Assembly (NCBI GenBank): GCA_977017575.1
Contig: CDRNVI010000014.1
Location: 1-64,000 of the forward strand
Direction: 5' to 3'
Length of the DNA stretch: 64,000 nucleotides
From: Paramoeba atlantica
Lineage: Eukaryota > Protista > Discosea
In this document: piece after piece, positions 19,599 through 31,272 of the stretch
Layout of the letters: each line of letters starts with the position of its first letter
How positions within the stretch are numbered: the first letter of the stretch is position 1
Notes under the pieces: model-generated
The model's input: only the letters and a program-made list of their open reading frames with translations
Databases searched by the model: none
What the model was told of the DNA's origin: nothing
Position numbers and translations under genes: made by a program

Positions 19599-22139
19599 AT
19601 GCCCGACGCTCTTCCGAACTTGGTTCCTGACTCAATTTCAGGAATCGGAGACGCTCACCAAGCATTTCTGAGCCTCTGTTCAATGAAACGAATGGGGGTC
19701 ACCTTGCGGCCCGAGATCCTTGATGCGATTTCCGGCGCAGTCTGCCATGTTAAGGAGAAGCATGGCATTGATGAAATTTTTGAGCGCGCTTCAGCTCATG
19801 GTGGGAGTGGCGACAGCTCTCGGGGGGGGTCAAGCGATTCGCCGTGCGCTTGTGGCCCCGCAAAGCGGAGACTTTGGATTCGCGATGAAGCTGTGTGCTC
19901 TTCAAGGAACATTGAACTCCGGTACCTCCACGTGGTTTTATATATACCTCCACGTGGTTTTATATCAGAAAGTATGTTAAGTCACCTGGTTGTGTGGTTG
20001 AGAGCTCTACCAGATGGGAAGCAGCTCGGTGATGCTGTCCAAGTTCAGTTCCACGCAGCACTACGATCATGCGAGGTGGAACTCGTACGAGGGGGAGACT
20101 TGTGCGGTGCAAGTCCGGCTCATCTGCTTCTGCGATGCGACAAGTCCAGGAAGGTAACGTCTAACAAACCGAGGTTTAAACCACTGAGTCAAAAAGGAGA
20201 AACTGTAATTCGCTCGATACTTCAGCGCGTACCCCATGGGGCGCTTGCATTTCCTTTAATTATATTTTCGCTTCCATTAAACTACTGAACGAGTCAATGC
20301 AGTTTAACCCGATCCCACCCAAATCTTATGTAGAAGAAACTATATACTGAATTACGATGTCTACAAGAATGAATAAAACAAAGAATTTTATCTTTACTAA
20401 TGGGCGACTGTTTCTTCTCATTAACAGTCACGAAATCGAGAGGAATAAAATACAAAGTTGTCAAGACGTTATCAACAGTATACATCGATCGTATGAATAC
20501 AACTCAACATAATACTCCTCTTACATTATAGACTTATACATAGTACTCCTCTCCTCCGGAGGAAAATGTCCGACTAGGAGACCGAGTTCAAAAGACTCTT
20601 CCCCTAGATCCTATCACTGTGTCTGGAGTTCTTCAAATATCTCACATCAATACAATGGCGCGCAAATTTGGTTATCAGTGGGCAGTGGACACGTCCGAGG
20701 CTCTTCTAAATGGTTCTTTTTTCATGGAAATGGTCGGACTGGGACCTATCAAAAGCCGCCACGGCTCGCACTCAGAGAGAAAATGGCTACAGCATCTGCT
20801 CGACTTGGTGAACTGCGGAGTCCTGAGGGAAATCAAAGATCCACGCCGAGTTTCTCGAGTGTTTCTAAGGTATTTTGCAATTTCAAAAACTTGCTCTTTC
20901 TCGCGCAGCATCTTTGATGATACTCTCATAAATGCATTGTGCAAGAAACCCCTGTCAGCGAACTTACCACCTTTAGAGGAAATTAGATTTGCAATATCAT
21001 GTTTTTCTAAGGCACAAATGTTATCTGAAGATATGCGGCATGGCTTCCACCAAATTCCCTTCCCTCAAGAATAGAAAATTATGTATCAGTTCAATGCGCT
21101 GGTAGGGTTTTCACACTTAAAGTGCCACCTATGGGGTTTTCTTGGGCCCCATATTTCTCCCAGTGCTTAATTTGGGCAATAGTGTTAACCATCCTACCGC
21201 AGGGGTACGAACCGATGCTTGTGGGTGGAGGGAAGAGTACAGTTCCTTCTTATGTGTGGATCCGAAAAATTAGCGAAGAGGAAAATATCGGCGTTGTTTT
21301 TGTATGGTATGATAATATTTTTGTGGTTTCAAATAGAGGTGGATTTCTCACGGAGCTCTTTCGTAAATTGCAATCTTGCTCCAAGCCCCCACCTAAAGGA
21401 TGTGGTGTTGTGTGGAAATACCTGGAACCACCTCAATCTTCCGGCACGTTCCTAGGGATCACGTATTGGTGGGTGGAGGAAAAATTGCATTGGAAACATT
21501 GCGTATCCAACGTTGAGCGTTGGGCACAAGTCTCGGTAGGATGCTGCACTACAGTGCGTTTCTTGCAACATCTAATTGGAATTGTAGTTTGGGACACTTT
21601 GGTGAGTGGTTTTCCATTCGCTGGCATTTACGAGATCAGAGTAATCAGCAAACGTCTTGCACGCTGCGTCGGAAACAAATACTATCCAATCACATAAAAG
21701 GAGGAAAAACTCCTTGCCGACGCTTTATCTCGCTTGGTGGCCAATAATCCGAATTCTCGAAACCCTCCAACCATCCCATCACATCACGTGGTAGCTTTCT
21801 CTGATGCTTCTTTGAATTACACGGGCTATTGTGTTCTTCACCCCAATCATACTATAATTGAGGAAGTTAGCCGAGTAGTCTCTAAAAAATGCGATATATA
21901 CGCCTTGGAGTTTGAAACTGCAGTCGATGCCTTACACTACGGGTGGTTACGGGCTCCACGTGCTTTTGGGGTGTGACAACACGGATGTTGTACGGGCTTT
22001 GCAGAGACGAACGTCGGTACGGCACGAAATATGTGATCAACTGACGTTACTTTCTGAATTTCAAGAAACTCATAGCAAGAGCTTTAATGTCTTTTACATT
22101 TCTTCTAAAGAAATTCCGGCAGATTCTCTTACACGTTAA
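19599..22139 (+). mobile_element. Defective tyrosine-recombinase retroelement, order YR then RT-RNase H (VIPER/TATE-like)
   Basis: YR box QFHAALRSCEV (~20040-20080). RT: SRSIFD, DMRHGFHQIP, PMGFSWAP, VWYDNIFV. RNase H: FSDAS, IYALE, GCDN, IPADSLTR. Breaks at ~21070, 21695 (TAA) and ~21950. Confidence 0.85.
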
Positions 22140-22652
22140 CAGAAAGGATTGTGCACGGATCACGCGTTAATGGTTAATGCCATGCAACAAGCACAGTTGC
22201 ACGTGCAGTTTCGAACGTAATCTATCGCAAAACAAAAACAAAAAACGATTCGTTAATTTAGACGTGCGTATATTGAATTTTTGTTTATATGCCTTTTATT
22301 CAACCTCATAGTTTCAAATAACGTATTTCATCTCTTTTGTAACAACATTTTGTCAACAGTTCCCATCAAGAAGACCATCCCGTTACCCGCAAATGAAGGT
22401 TACTGTAGGGGGCAGCTACCTATTAAGTAGAACCTATTAGGTATAAGTGAAACAGCTCTCATTTGCTAGCCTTTCTGTCAGCTCGCTGCCCGAAAGATCA
22501 CTAGCCTATGAAAACATCCCCCTTTTATTCAAGGGAAGTACCTGACATTGATGTTTTTGTTATATTCACCATTTCAGGCAAGCAAGCTCCATTTCCGAGG
22601 CTGAGAAAACGTGGCGTTGCTATTATCCTGAGAAGGTATTACCAACGCCGGC

Positions 22653-22842
22653 ATTTAGTGCTCTGAGAGCAAAAATACCCAAAAATGACCACATTTTTTG
22701 AAGATAGGATATTTTTGGCTTTCCAGGCCAAATTTTCTTTCTTAGGCTCTTCGTTAAACGCGGTGGTAGTTTTCAACGCGAAGCGCGCACCATGAGTAAC
22801 TTCTAAGTTGCAAACAACCACCGCGTTTAACGAAGAGCCTAA
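22653..22842 (+). repeat. 3' fragment of a dispersed hairpin-ended repeat family (Helentron/DINE-like)
   Basis: Perfect 26-bp arms TTAGGCTCTTCGTTAAACGCGGTGGT (22742-22767) and ACCACCGCGTTTAACGAAGAGCCTAA (22817-22842) around a 49-nt loop; homologous to 26570-26762. Confidence 0.8.
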
Positions 22843-23342
22843 CAAAGAATTACTTATTTTGTAATCCAGGAGATCTGTGGAGCATGACATAATCATGTTG
22901 CACGACATTGCTTGATGAAACAATGAACAAAATTAAATTATTCGATGCAGTCACTGCACATCTCCACTGTTCTACACGCCGTGTACATACTACTCCATTA
23001 GTTTAAGATGAGGAGCGTTCTACGAACGACTACGACGAATTGTGCCACATCTTCCATACTTATAAACACATTTCATATTTCAAAATCTATATAAAGGAAT
23101 GATTGCGCACTCCTTCATCGACACTGATTTAAGCGGGGGTGTTTATCACAATGAAGGAATCACGGCTTGGCGTGGTCGAGGTTCATTTGCGAATGATCGG
23201 GATCCTCTTTGTCCCCTACAAAGCGTTGGGGGAATAAAAATAATGAGTTCCGACTTCGCTCATATACCCTTTGCATGCCAGGCACTGAAGTTACTAGGCA
23301 CCTCACCTCTCCGTCCAGACATTCAGAAAGAGTGTACTCCCC

Positions 23343-23412
23343 CTCTCATTAATTTTTATAAATATAGATTATAACAAAAATGAAAATTTATATTTATAAA
23401 AATTAATGAGAG
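23343..23412. repeat. Small AT-rich foldback
   Basis: Perfect 24-bp arms CTCTCATTAATTTTTATAAATATA (23343-23366) and TATATTTATAAAAATTAATGAGAG (23389-23412). Confidence 0.85.
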
Positions 23413-23653
23413 AGGGTAGGTGGAAGAGGAGGGTGATATACAGCACTTTAGCTGATAGGATGAACCAATTTGTTTCGCTGTAAGGATAGATTGCGAATAA
23501 ACGAGGATGATAATTATGAGATATTAACGATAAATATTTGCTTAAGCGCCCAGTAGTCTATGATAGAGTAATGAAGGGAGGACTAAGGTACAAAAGGTTG
23601 ATCTGCACTTTCTGGAGAAAATTCTTCCTGTCCCTTTGTCTCCACAAACGTGA

Positions 23654-24618
23654 TTATGCGCTGATTTCTACGGATTTCTTCTTGATCAGCGATGCGCTGC
23701 GGGGAAAAATAAAAGCCAAGCCAGTAGGCCCCTCGACCATCTGTTTTCTTAACTCCCGCATGCTTCGTAGAATTCGCTGCTGCTCTCCAAACAGTGTAGA
23801 ATATGATTTTTTTAGGGAGTCAAGTCTATGAGAATATTCAAGAACTTCGTGCCTAAGCATCTGGCACCTTATCCTGCATTCGTCAGATTCGAGTACAGAA
23901 ATGCGGACGAACTCTTTTGAACGAGCCTCTCGTTCCTCAGATGCATTTATAACCCCCCTTTGAATCCGCAGGCTCTTCTTTAAACGCTTTATCGCATTTC
24001 TCTGTGCCTGCACAGTTCGATTTAGCGAACGAATTGTTTTTTTTTAAGCGTGACTAAAGGTGTGGTTGAATGAGAAGCCTCAATTTCGGAAGGGGATTCC
24101 AACGAATCACCGGTAATCTCAACTGCCCTTCGCTCCATCACCTGTACGTCCGGGGGTTCGTTGCAATCTCTGAGTGCGAGACAAACTTCGGAAGACGTCT
24201 TCTGAACTTCTCCACTTTGCTGAATCTGTAGTACTGGGGGTTCTAAGGCGGGGGATTCTAAAGTGGATGCTAAGTGATTCGATATACTCTGAGTGATTTC
24301 TAATAGATCTGCTTGAAACGTGTGGTCCGTTATACATTTCGTTGAATGGTGCTTCAGTTTCGATTTTTGATAAAGAAAGGGGAGAGTCATACATGTATCT
24401 TCGGAATCGCAACTTTCCGAATCGATATCTTCACCTACAACGAAAGCGATATCTGAACCACTTTCGTGGTAGGTAGATTCGGATTCTTCAGAATCCCCCG
24501 TAGTCGAGCAAGAGGAATTATAGTCCGTTTCAGAAGCTTCCGAAGGTTCCCAGTCTGTATCCGTTGCGGAAGACACGAAAAGACTCTCCGCAGAGAGATT
24601 TAAGTCCGTTTGTGACAT
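23654..24618 (-). pseudogene. Acidic Ser/Glu-rich ORF plus coiled-coil ORF, probably one broken gene or TE ORF
   Basis: ORFs 24022-24618 (acidic) and 23654-24013 (heptad-like) abut with a frame change. The architecture resembles 50698-51630. Confidence 0.4.
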
Positions 24619-25876
24619 TGAAAAATAAGAACAAATCCCAGAAAGTAGACAATTTTCAGATAAAAAATTAAAATAATTTTTTTTTGGTCGTACTGCAAAA
24701 TGATGAATTCTGACTATTTTTCCGTTGTTATCCTAACGTATCCGAGTAGCTACGAACAAGACTACTAAAAAGCTCCTTCCATGCTATCAAAATTTTTCTG
24801 AACGGGGGTGTAGTAGGCTCACTACATAGTGTACAGTGTCACTGGTGAAGCGCCCTGGGAGAGCCTTGTGTCCCCGTACCTGGAATCAGTCGGGAGCCGG
24901 AGTGGTACTTGTGGCGTCTGCACGTGGGAATTGCAGGCGCTCCTGTACCAAACAAACAAACAAACGAAAAATGAACCAAGAAAAGAGTGGAAAGCTAAGT
25001 AATGACAAAAAATACAGGTACACTTAATTCTCCTGCAAGGGAACGTCCGACCTTCCATCCTACAGGAAGTGTGCGTGACTGGCACCCGAGCGGGGCAAGT
25101 CAAGCTATACTTCACGCGAGTTGCATCATTTGGAGATAACAAAAGTGACCGATCAGGCATAGAAAACCTTTTTAAAGAACCCAACAAATCGATCGGAGTC
25201 TATAATGACTGGCATGTGCTAAATTTGGCCGCTGGGACGCTCAGTGGCCAGAACTGATGGATGGCGTGCAAGCTTGGCACTTAATTACCTTGTGAACATA
25301 GCTGCAAAATTTGCGGTGGTTGTATAACTACCGCTCTACCCTCGAATAAAAAGTGAATATAAACAGTTAAAATAAATTATAAAGAGAAACACAGCAATAA
25401 CCCCCCCACAGCGAAAAGTCACCCCCCTCTAACTTTTCAGCCAAGTGTCCGTTTGAGCTCATTTTTGTTGCATTTTGCTGTTCCCAACACAAAGACTTTG
25501 CGCGTTATAGCACGGAACCAAGGCTCTCAAATGCGTGCATCCGATAGATGGATTATCACTTTCTTCACATTTTTCAAGAGACCAATTTCTCACACTTTAA
25601 CAATAAAGTAAACAAAAAATGGAGAAACAAAATATTTCTTCAAAATCGTTTCACCTATTGTATTTTGATAGTTTGGGACCTATACTAGCTTTCTCCGCAG
25701 TTGTTTTCGCAGGCTATCTGGCTTTCTACGAGGTTGTTTTGGCAAGATACCCCTTCTTGGAGCCGTGGTACGCCTATCGAAATGGGTTATTTTTCAGGAT
25801 TCGCGGAAACTTTAGTAAAGTAAAATAAAGTTTTTTTTTGCGAATAAAGTTACTAAACAGTACTTAATTGACTTTA

Positions 25877-26762
25877 TTGCGGTGGTTGTAAAACTACCGC
25901 TCTACACTCGATTATTGAAAAAAAGTGAACAAAAACAGTGAAAATATAAAGAGGAACACAGTAATATAATAGAAGAACAAAATATAAAAGGGGGCTCCGG
26001 TGGACCAAAACTGAAAAAAAAATTTGAAAAAAATGGGGGGTCCATGGGGGGGGTCCAGGGGGGGGTCCAGGGGGGGGGCATGGTCGAGCAAATTTTTTCG
26101 AAAAAATTAGTTTTCGAAAAAAAACCGCAGAAAGGGTAGCCGGGGTCTTGGCGCGCATTTTCCACCCCCCTACCCGGGGGTGACCCCCCCGCGTATCCGC
26201 AGGACGGGTCCGCCAAGTTCGGATTTTTTCGGAAATTTTTTTTTGAAAAAAAATTCAACTTGGCGAAAAAAATGACAAAAAAAAATAGTTTTCCAAAATC
26301 GTTTCCCCTATTGTATTTTGATAGTTTGGGACCTACACTAGCTTTCTCCGCAGTTGTTTTCGCAAGGTATCACTTCTTCGAACCGTGGTGCGCCCCTCAA
26401 AATGACCCAATTTTAACTAAAAAGGGTGAAAAAGTATTTTTCGGACCTAAAGGGGCATTTTTGTGTCGAAAGAATGGTATGGTTGGAGTCGTATTCTCTA
26501 CCCAATACGTTCGGTAGGCTTTCATTCATGCCTACGAGTGATTTCCCACGCGCAAATGTCGGATTTAGTGCTCTGAGAGCAAAAATATGCGAAAATGACC
26601 CCATTTGTACCCGAAATTCGGCTATTTTTGGCTATAATCTTTCCAGGCTAAATTTTCTTTTTTAGGCTCTTCGTTAAACGCGGCGGTAGTTTTCAACGCG
26701 AAGCGCGCAGCATGAGTGACTTCTAAGTTGAAAGCAACCACTGCGTTTAACGAAGAGCCTAA
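25877..26762 (+). mobile_element. Longest copy (~890 bp) of the hairpin-ended repeat family
   Basis: 5' end TTGCGGTGGTTGTAAAACTACCGC (mini-hairpin), G/C-run middle, and 3' long hairpin ending AACGAAGAGCCTAA. Partial copies lie at 25311-25410 and 25600-25860. Confidence 0.75.
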
Positions 26763-27109
26763 AAAAGAAAATTTTACTATAAACTTTTAAAAAACGTATG
26801 TTTCTTTTTTCAAAAAAAGCAACAGAATACGGCTGCCTAGTGGAACAGTGGACTTTACTGACGGGTGGCGTGGCAAAAAATGTGGCGGGGCAACAATCTG
26901 GACTGTAGAAGACTCCACGAAAGGTTTCGGGAAAGGCCTACTGAAACTTGGACAGGGTGAACAGATGTAGGCGATTCCGTTTTCTTCTGCAGTCATGATC
27001 AAGCCCTGGCACCCGCACATTATAATGCGTACTAAGCTGCACATTGCTAATGCATATAGCACATTTATAGTGCATACAGCATTATAAATGTGCTATATTC
27101 ATTATAAAT

Positions 27110-27706
27110 TTAGGCTCTTCGTTAAACGCGGTGGTTGTTTTTAACTTAGAAGTCACTCATGGTGCGCGCTTCGCGTTGAAAACTACCACCAACGAAGAGC
27201 CTAGAAAAGAAAATTTGGTCTGGAAAGCTGAAGAAAACAGAATGACTATAGCCAAAAATAGCCGATTTTTGGGTAAAAATGGGGCCATTTTCGCGTATTT
27301 TACCTCTCAGAGCAAGTTGTGATTTTTTTAAATTTTTTTTTCCGAAAAAATCCGAACTTGGCGGACCCGTCCTGCGGATACGCGGGGGGGTCACCCCCGG
27401 GTAGGGGAGTGGAAAATGCGCGCCAAGACCCCGGCTACCGCTTCTGCGGGTTTGTTTCGAAAAATAATTTTTTCAAAAAAATTTCGTCCCCTGTCCCCCA
27501 AAAAAAGCTCCCCTGTGTCAAAACTAGACCCCCCCCCATGGACCCCCCCTAGACCCCCCATTTTTTTCAATTTTGGACCACCGGAGCCCCCTTTCAAAAA
27601 TTTTTCTTCTATTATATTACTGTATTCCTCTTTATATTTTCACTGTTTTTGTTCACTTTTTTTTTCAATAATCGAGGGTAGAGCGGTAGTTTTACAACCA
27701 CCGCAA
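27110..27706 (-). mobile_element. Internally deleted inverted copy of the same family, inserted in a short tandem array
   Basis: Reverse complement of both ends of 25877-26762. It is flanked on both sides by GCATTATAAATGTGC-type repeats (27030-27109 and 27707-27782). Confidence 0.75.
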
Positions 27707-27999
27707 TGTGCTATATGCATTATAAATGTGCCGTATTAATATGCATTATAAATGTGCCTTAATATGCATTATAAATGTGCTGATGGGCCTTCTTGATCCC
27801 TGCTCCGGCATCTGACACTAGGTGCGTAGCAAAAATTCTCTCGGAACGAAGTTCCACAAAAAAGGGAACTCCATAGGAAAGGGAAAGTAGAAAGATGAAT
27901 GAGACAGTAAATACAAGATTATGTACATAGGATGTGTACGTTCAAAAAGTAAATGTGCTAAAGAGCCGTCAGCCTCCTTAAAAAGTGAAAGGGAAAAAT

Positions 28000-28440
28000 A
28001 AAGTAAAATAAAGTTTTTAAAAAAAAATAAAGTTACTATAAAGTACTTTATTTAAAGTTTTAAAGCTTCCGTGAACCCTGTTATTTTTGACTAAAAAATG
28101 CGAAAAAGTATTTTTTGGACCCAAAGGGCTCTTTTCGTGTCGGAAGAATGGTGTGGTTGAAGCCGCATTCTCTACCCACGTTCTGTATCCTTGAATTCAT
28201 GCCTACGAGTGATTTCCCGCACGCTAATATCGATTTTAGAGCAAAAATACACAAATTCCCATATTTTTACCCCAAAAGTCGGCTATTTTTGTCTCAAATC
28301 CTTCCAGTTTCTTCGGCTTTCCTGGCCATTTTTCTTTTTTAGGTTCTTCGTTCAACGCGGTGGTAGTTTTCAACGCTAAGCGCGCAGCATGAGTAACTTC
28401 TAAATTGAAAACAACCACCTCGTTTAACGAAGAGCCCAAA
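28000..28440 (+). repeat. Diverged partial copy of the hairpin-ended repeat family
   Basis: Matches 26420-26762 (GACC.AAAGGG, ATGCCTACGAGTGATTTCCC, terminal hairpin ending AACGAAGAGCCCAA) and 25800-25860. Confidence 0.7.
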
Positions 28441-28603
28441 ATATTAGGGACCGGGTTACTACAATTCAAGAGAATTTTTCTTTCCTTTCCTTTTCTTGGG
28501 GCGCAATGTAAGAGGGCTAAAACCAGTAAAATGCAAACCCAGGCAAACCCAAGCAAAAACTCTGCACAAAACTGAAAAAAGACAGCACACAGGAGAACGC
28601 GAC

Positions 28604-29506
28604 TCATTCAAGGGATATACAGGTGCCCATCCATACTTCCTCAAGGTGGTCAAGAACTCCCACAGGAAGCTTTGCCACTCTCAAATTTCCCCTTAATTTC
28701 TTATTTTCATGCAAAAAGAGATGTGTCATGACACGGGGGAGTTGGTGCAAATCTACGTTTCCTTCGAACGCGTTGTGATCCAAGAGAAGCTCCTTAAGAG
28801 TCCCGGGTAGTTTGGTTAATACCAATTTTCCTGACAGTACGTTATACGAAAGTTTTAGTTCCACTAAGTTGGGAGGTAAAGTTACGAGACATATACAATC
28901 AGTCAAAAAGTTGCGCATTAAATTGAGCACATTCATACTACCAGGAAGCAAAGTCAGATCTAACGACCCGGTCAGAGCGTTATCGCTGAGTACGCAACTG
29001 TGTAAGCAACTTCCCGTGGCAATATTTGCAAAACTCACGTCACCTGAGAGGTCACAGTAAAATGCTTCAAACTCTTTCACAGTAGCGGGAATATGTTCGA
29101 AATCAAGTGAACCTACTAGATGTGTCCAGGACCAGTGGATTGATTCAACGTTTCCACCCTCATCGCAGTAGACTCCAGTCCACTCACAAGCCGGTGTCTC
29201 AGTGGTCCAGCATTCTGGCTTCACACTCAGTCTGCTTACCAAAGCTTCTAACGTATATTCTTGGGGTAATGTGATTCTACTGATTTTGCCCTTCCGTGTA
29301 ACCACTGGCCTACAGTTTGTTGCATTCGACTTCGGAAGATCTGTTCCCGATAATTGCCCTACAGACGATTTCGTTCCGTCATCTATTTTTCGTTTCTTTA
29401 TGGGCCGCGCTTCTACGTCTGACAGTCGCGTACGTGAAATCATTAATTTTAGGCCCAAAAAATACTTTACTGACTTTTTCTTTGCAACTAATTCCGGTTG
29501 ACCCAA
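28604..29506 (-). CDS. LRR protein (300 aa) with basic N-terminal extension
   Basis: PIKKRKID, LPQEYTL, W...PACEWTGVYC cap and about six LRRs. Confidence 0.9.
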   Translation of the reverse strand: MGQPELVAKKKSVKYFLGLKLMISRTRLSDVEARPIKKRKIDDGTKSSVGQLSGTDLPKSNATNCRPVVTRKGKISRITLPQEYTLEALVSRLSVKPECWTTETPACEWTGVYCDEGGNVESIHWSWTHLVGSLDFEHIPATVKEFEAFYCDLSGDVSFANIATGSCLHSCVLSDNALTGSLDLTLLPGSMNVLNLMRNFLTDCICLVTLPPNLVELKLSYNVLSGKLVLTKLPGTLKELLLDHNAFEGNVDLHQLPRVMTHLFLHENKKLRGNLRVAKLPVGVLDHLEEVWMGTCISLE

Positions 29507-29630
29507 TTAGACACCCGTCCGGGTTAATATACCCCCCCGGCACAATAATTGGCTACAGGTACAATGCGTAGCTACAGGTACAATAAAAATTCCGAAAAAT
29601 AACGAAAATAGTTCAAAAAATTACTAAACT

Positions 29631-29695
29631 GCGGTGCGGGCGTAGTTGGCAGACGGTGGGCCTTACAACCTGCAGGTTCGATTCCCGCTATCGAC
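29631..29695 (+). other. Degenerate tRNA-like sequence (A and B boxes; TAC anticodon-like loop)
   Basis: GGCGTAGTTGG (A box) and GGTTCGATTCC (B box); T arm GCAGG/CCCGC. The acceptor stem is only partly paired and the variable region is missing. Confidence 0.5.
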
Positions 29696-30241
29696 AAAAC
29701 TTGCAACCTGGCGGCCTCACTACAAAGGGAAAGCGATCGGGAGTGCCTTCAAGGCCCACACCCAACCCCGCTCCCCGGCCATTTTTACCCCATAATGACA
29801 TTTTTACCCCTTAATGCATTTCTATTCCATGACATTTTCATCACTTAAGGAGTGGTTTACAAAAAATATATTGCGAAAGCGCCTTCCAATGGTAATCGAG
29901 GATAGAGAGGTAGTTTTAAGAGAAAAATTGAGTCTGAACTTAATTTGCGTACACCTGAACACGTGAAGCCTCGGAAAAAGTTTGGCTAACAACATACACT
30001 GTACATACAGTGTAAATAGTATTGAAAGAAATGCTGGATGACCATATAAAAACGAAGCTCAGGGCGTATAATATTTACTACACCTATCCTAGGAAGGTAA
30101 TTCCTTCACATGCCATGCGGATGTCTTGCACCAAAACTATAATCAACCCAATTTCAAGAGCGATAAATACTGGAACCATAGTGTCTCATTACTGTTCCGG
30201 TAAGGCCCAGGAGTTGCGTGAAGGCCTCCATACCCCACAAC

Positions 30242-30556
30242 TTTCCCCGAAAATTTATCTTTCAGCAAGATGGGGCGGGTGCACATACGGCCAAAAATAC
30301 GAAAACCTATCTTTTCACTTCAAAAATTGAATACATAACAAATTGGCCGGCTAATTCTCCGGACCTTAATTCTATTGAGAACGTGTGAGAAGTGATTCAA
30401 CGAAGTGTAAAAGAAATGAATCCGTCTTGGGATATTTCTCTAATTAAGTGCGCAAAGAAAGCTTTTGAGAATATTGGTGAATCTGAGCTTGACCACACTG
30501 TTTTAAGCTTTGACAAAAGTCTGGAAGTTTGCCAAAAAATGGTGGCGAAAAAGTGA
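30242..30556 (+). mobile_element. Tc1/IS630-type transposase C-terminal relic (D35E spacing)
   Basis: FIFQQDGAGAHTAKNTKTYLFTSKIEYITNWPANSPDLNSIENV*EVIQ has 35 residues between D and E. TGA at 30386 replaces the conserved Trp. Confidence 0.85.
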
Positions 30557-30744
30557 AAAAAAGGTAGTACTAAATTCATTTTTTTTGGCCCAGTTTTATT
30601 CTCTATATGATATGCGCAAACAAGCATCACCGAGATCCGCAAAATGCAACAAAAATTAGCCCAAACGAAGACTTCACAAAATTTAGAGGGGGGTGACTTA
30701 TCGTGTCCCTAGGTTTATACTCTCGGTAGTTCTATTTTTTCCTC

Positions 30745-31272
30745 ATGATTGATACGTTGGTGGATGCCCTTGAAGGGGAGTTCAGCCTCATTCAAAAATA
30801 CGTAATACTGAAAATCAAAGACAAAATGCTTCTTCAACCACTTTTCGAAGCAAGGCACAGCAAGTGGGCAGAAGCCCTGGATTTCCCTTCTGCCGTGCCA
30901 GAAGCGGTTGGTGATGTGGTTCCCCAGGGAGAAAAGTTGAAAGTTGCTAATTTAACGGAAGAGGGCAACTATGCTCATAAAAAGATTACGGGAGAGCTTC
31001 TGCTGGCCATAGCTGGCATAGTGCTGAAGCGGCAGCACGCCACCAAAGCCGAGCGCAAGGCATCGAAGGAAGCGAGTGCTGCTGAAGATGGTGGGGAGAA
31101 GGGTGAAGGGAAGCGAAGCCCGTACCAGTGTTTGATAGGAACTTACGACTCCCCATACCTCTCTCAACTCTTTCTTGACTCTGTACTGGTAAAGGTGGAA
31201 TTCCAGGCCATTCTGACGGAGGAGTCAGATTGTGAACTCTTCCACAGTCTAACTTATCAAGGCGCAATATGA
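30745..31272 (+). CDS. Hypothetical 175-aa ORF, possibly TE-derived
   Basis: Open frame with protein-like composition; no recognised motif. Confidence 0.3.
   Translation: MIDTLVDALEGEFSLIQKYVILKIKDKMLLQPLFEARHSKWAEALDFPSAVPEAVGDVVPQGEKLKVANLTEEGNYAHKKITGELLLAIAGIVLKRQHATKAERKASKEASAAEDGGEKGEGKRSPYQCLIGTYDSPYLSQLFLDSVLVKVEFQAILTEESDCELFHSLTYQGAI

Noticed and set aside
25021-25287. 9-bp TSD CACTTAATT flanking an insertion
   Set aside because: No TIRs inside, and the same 9-mer occurs unrelatedly at 17971, so it is probably chance.
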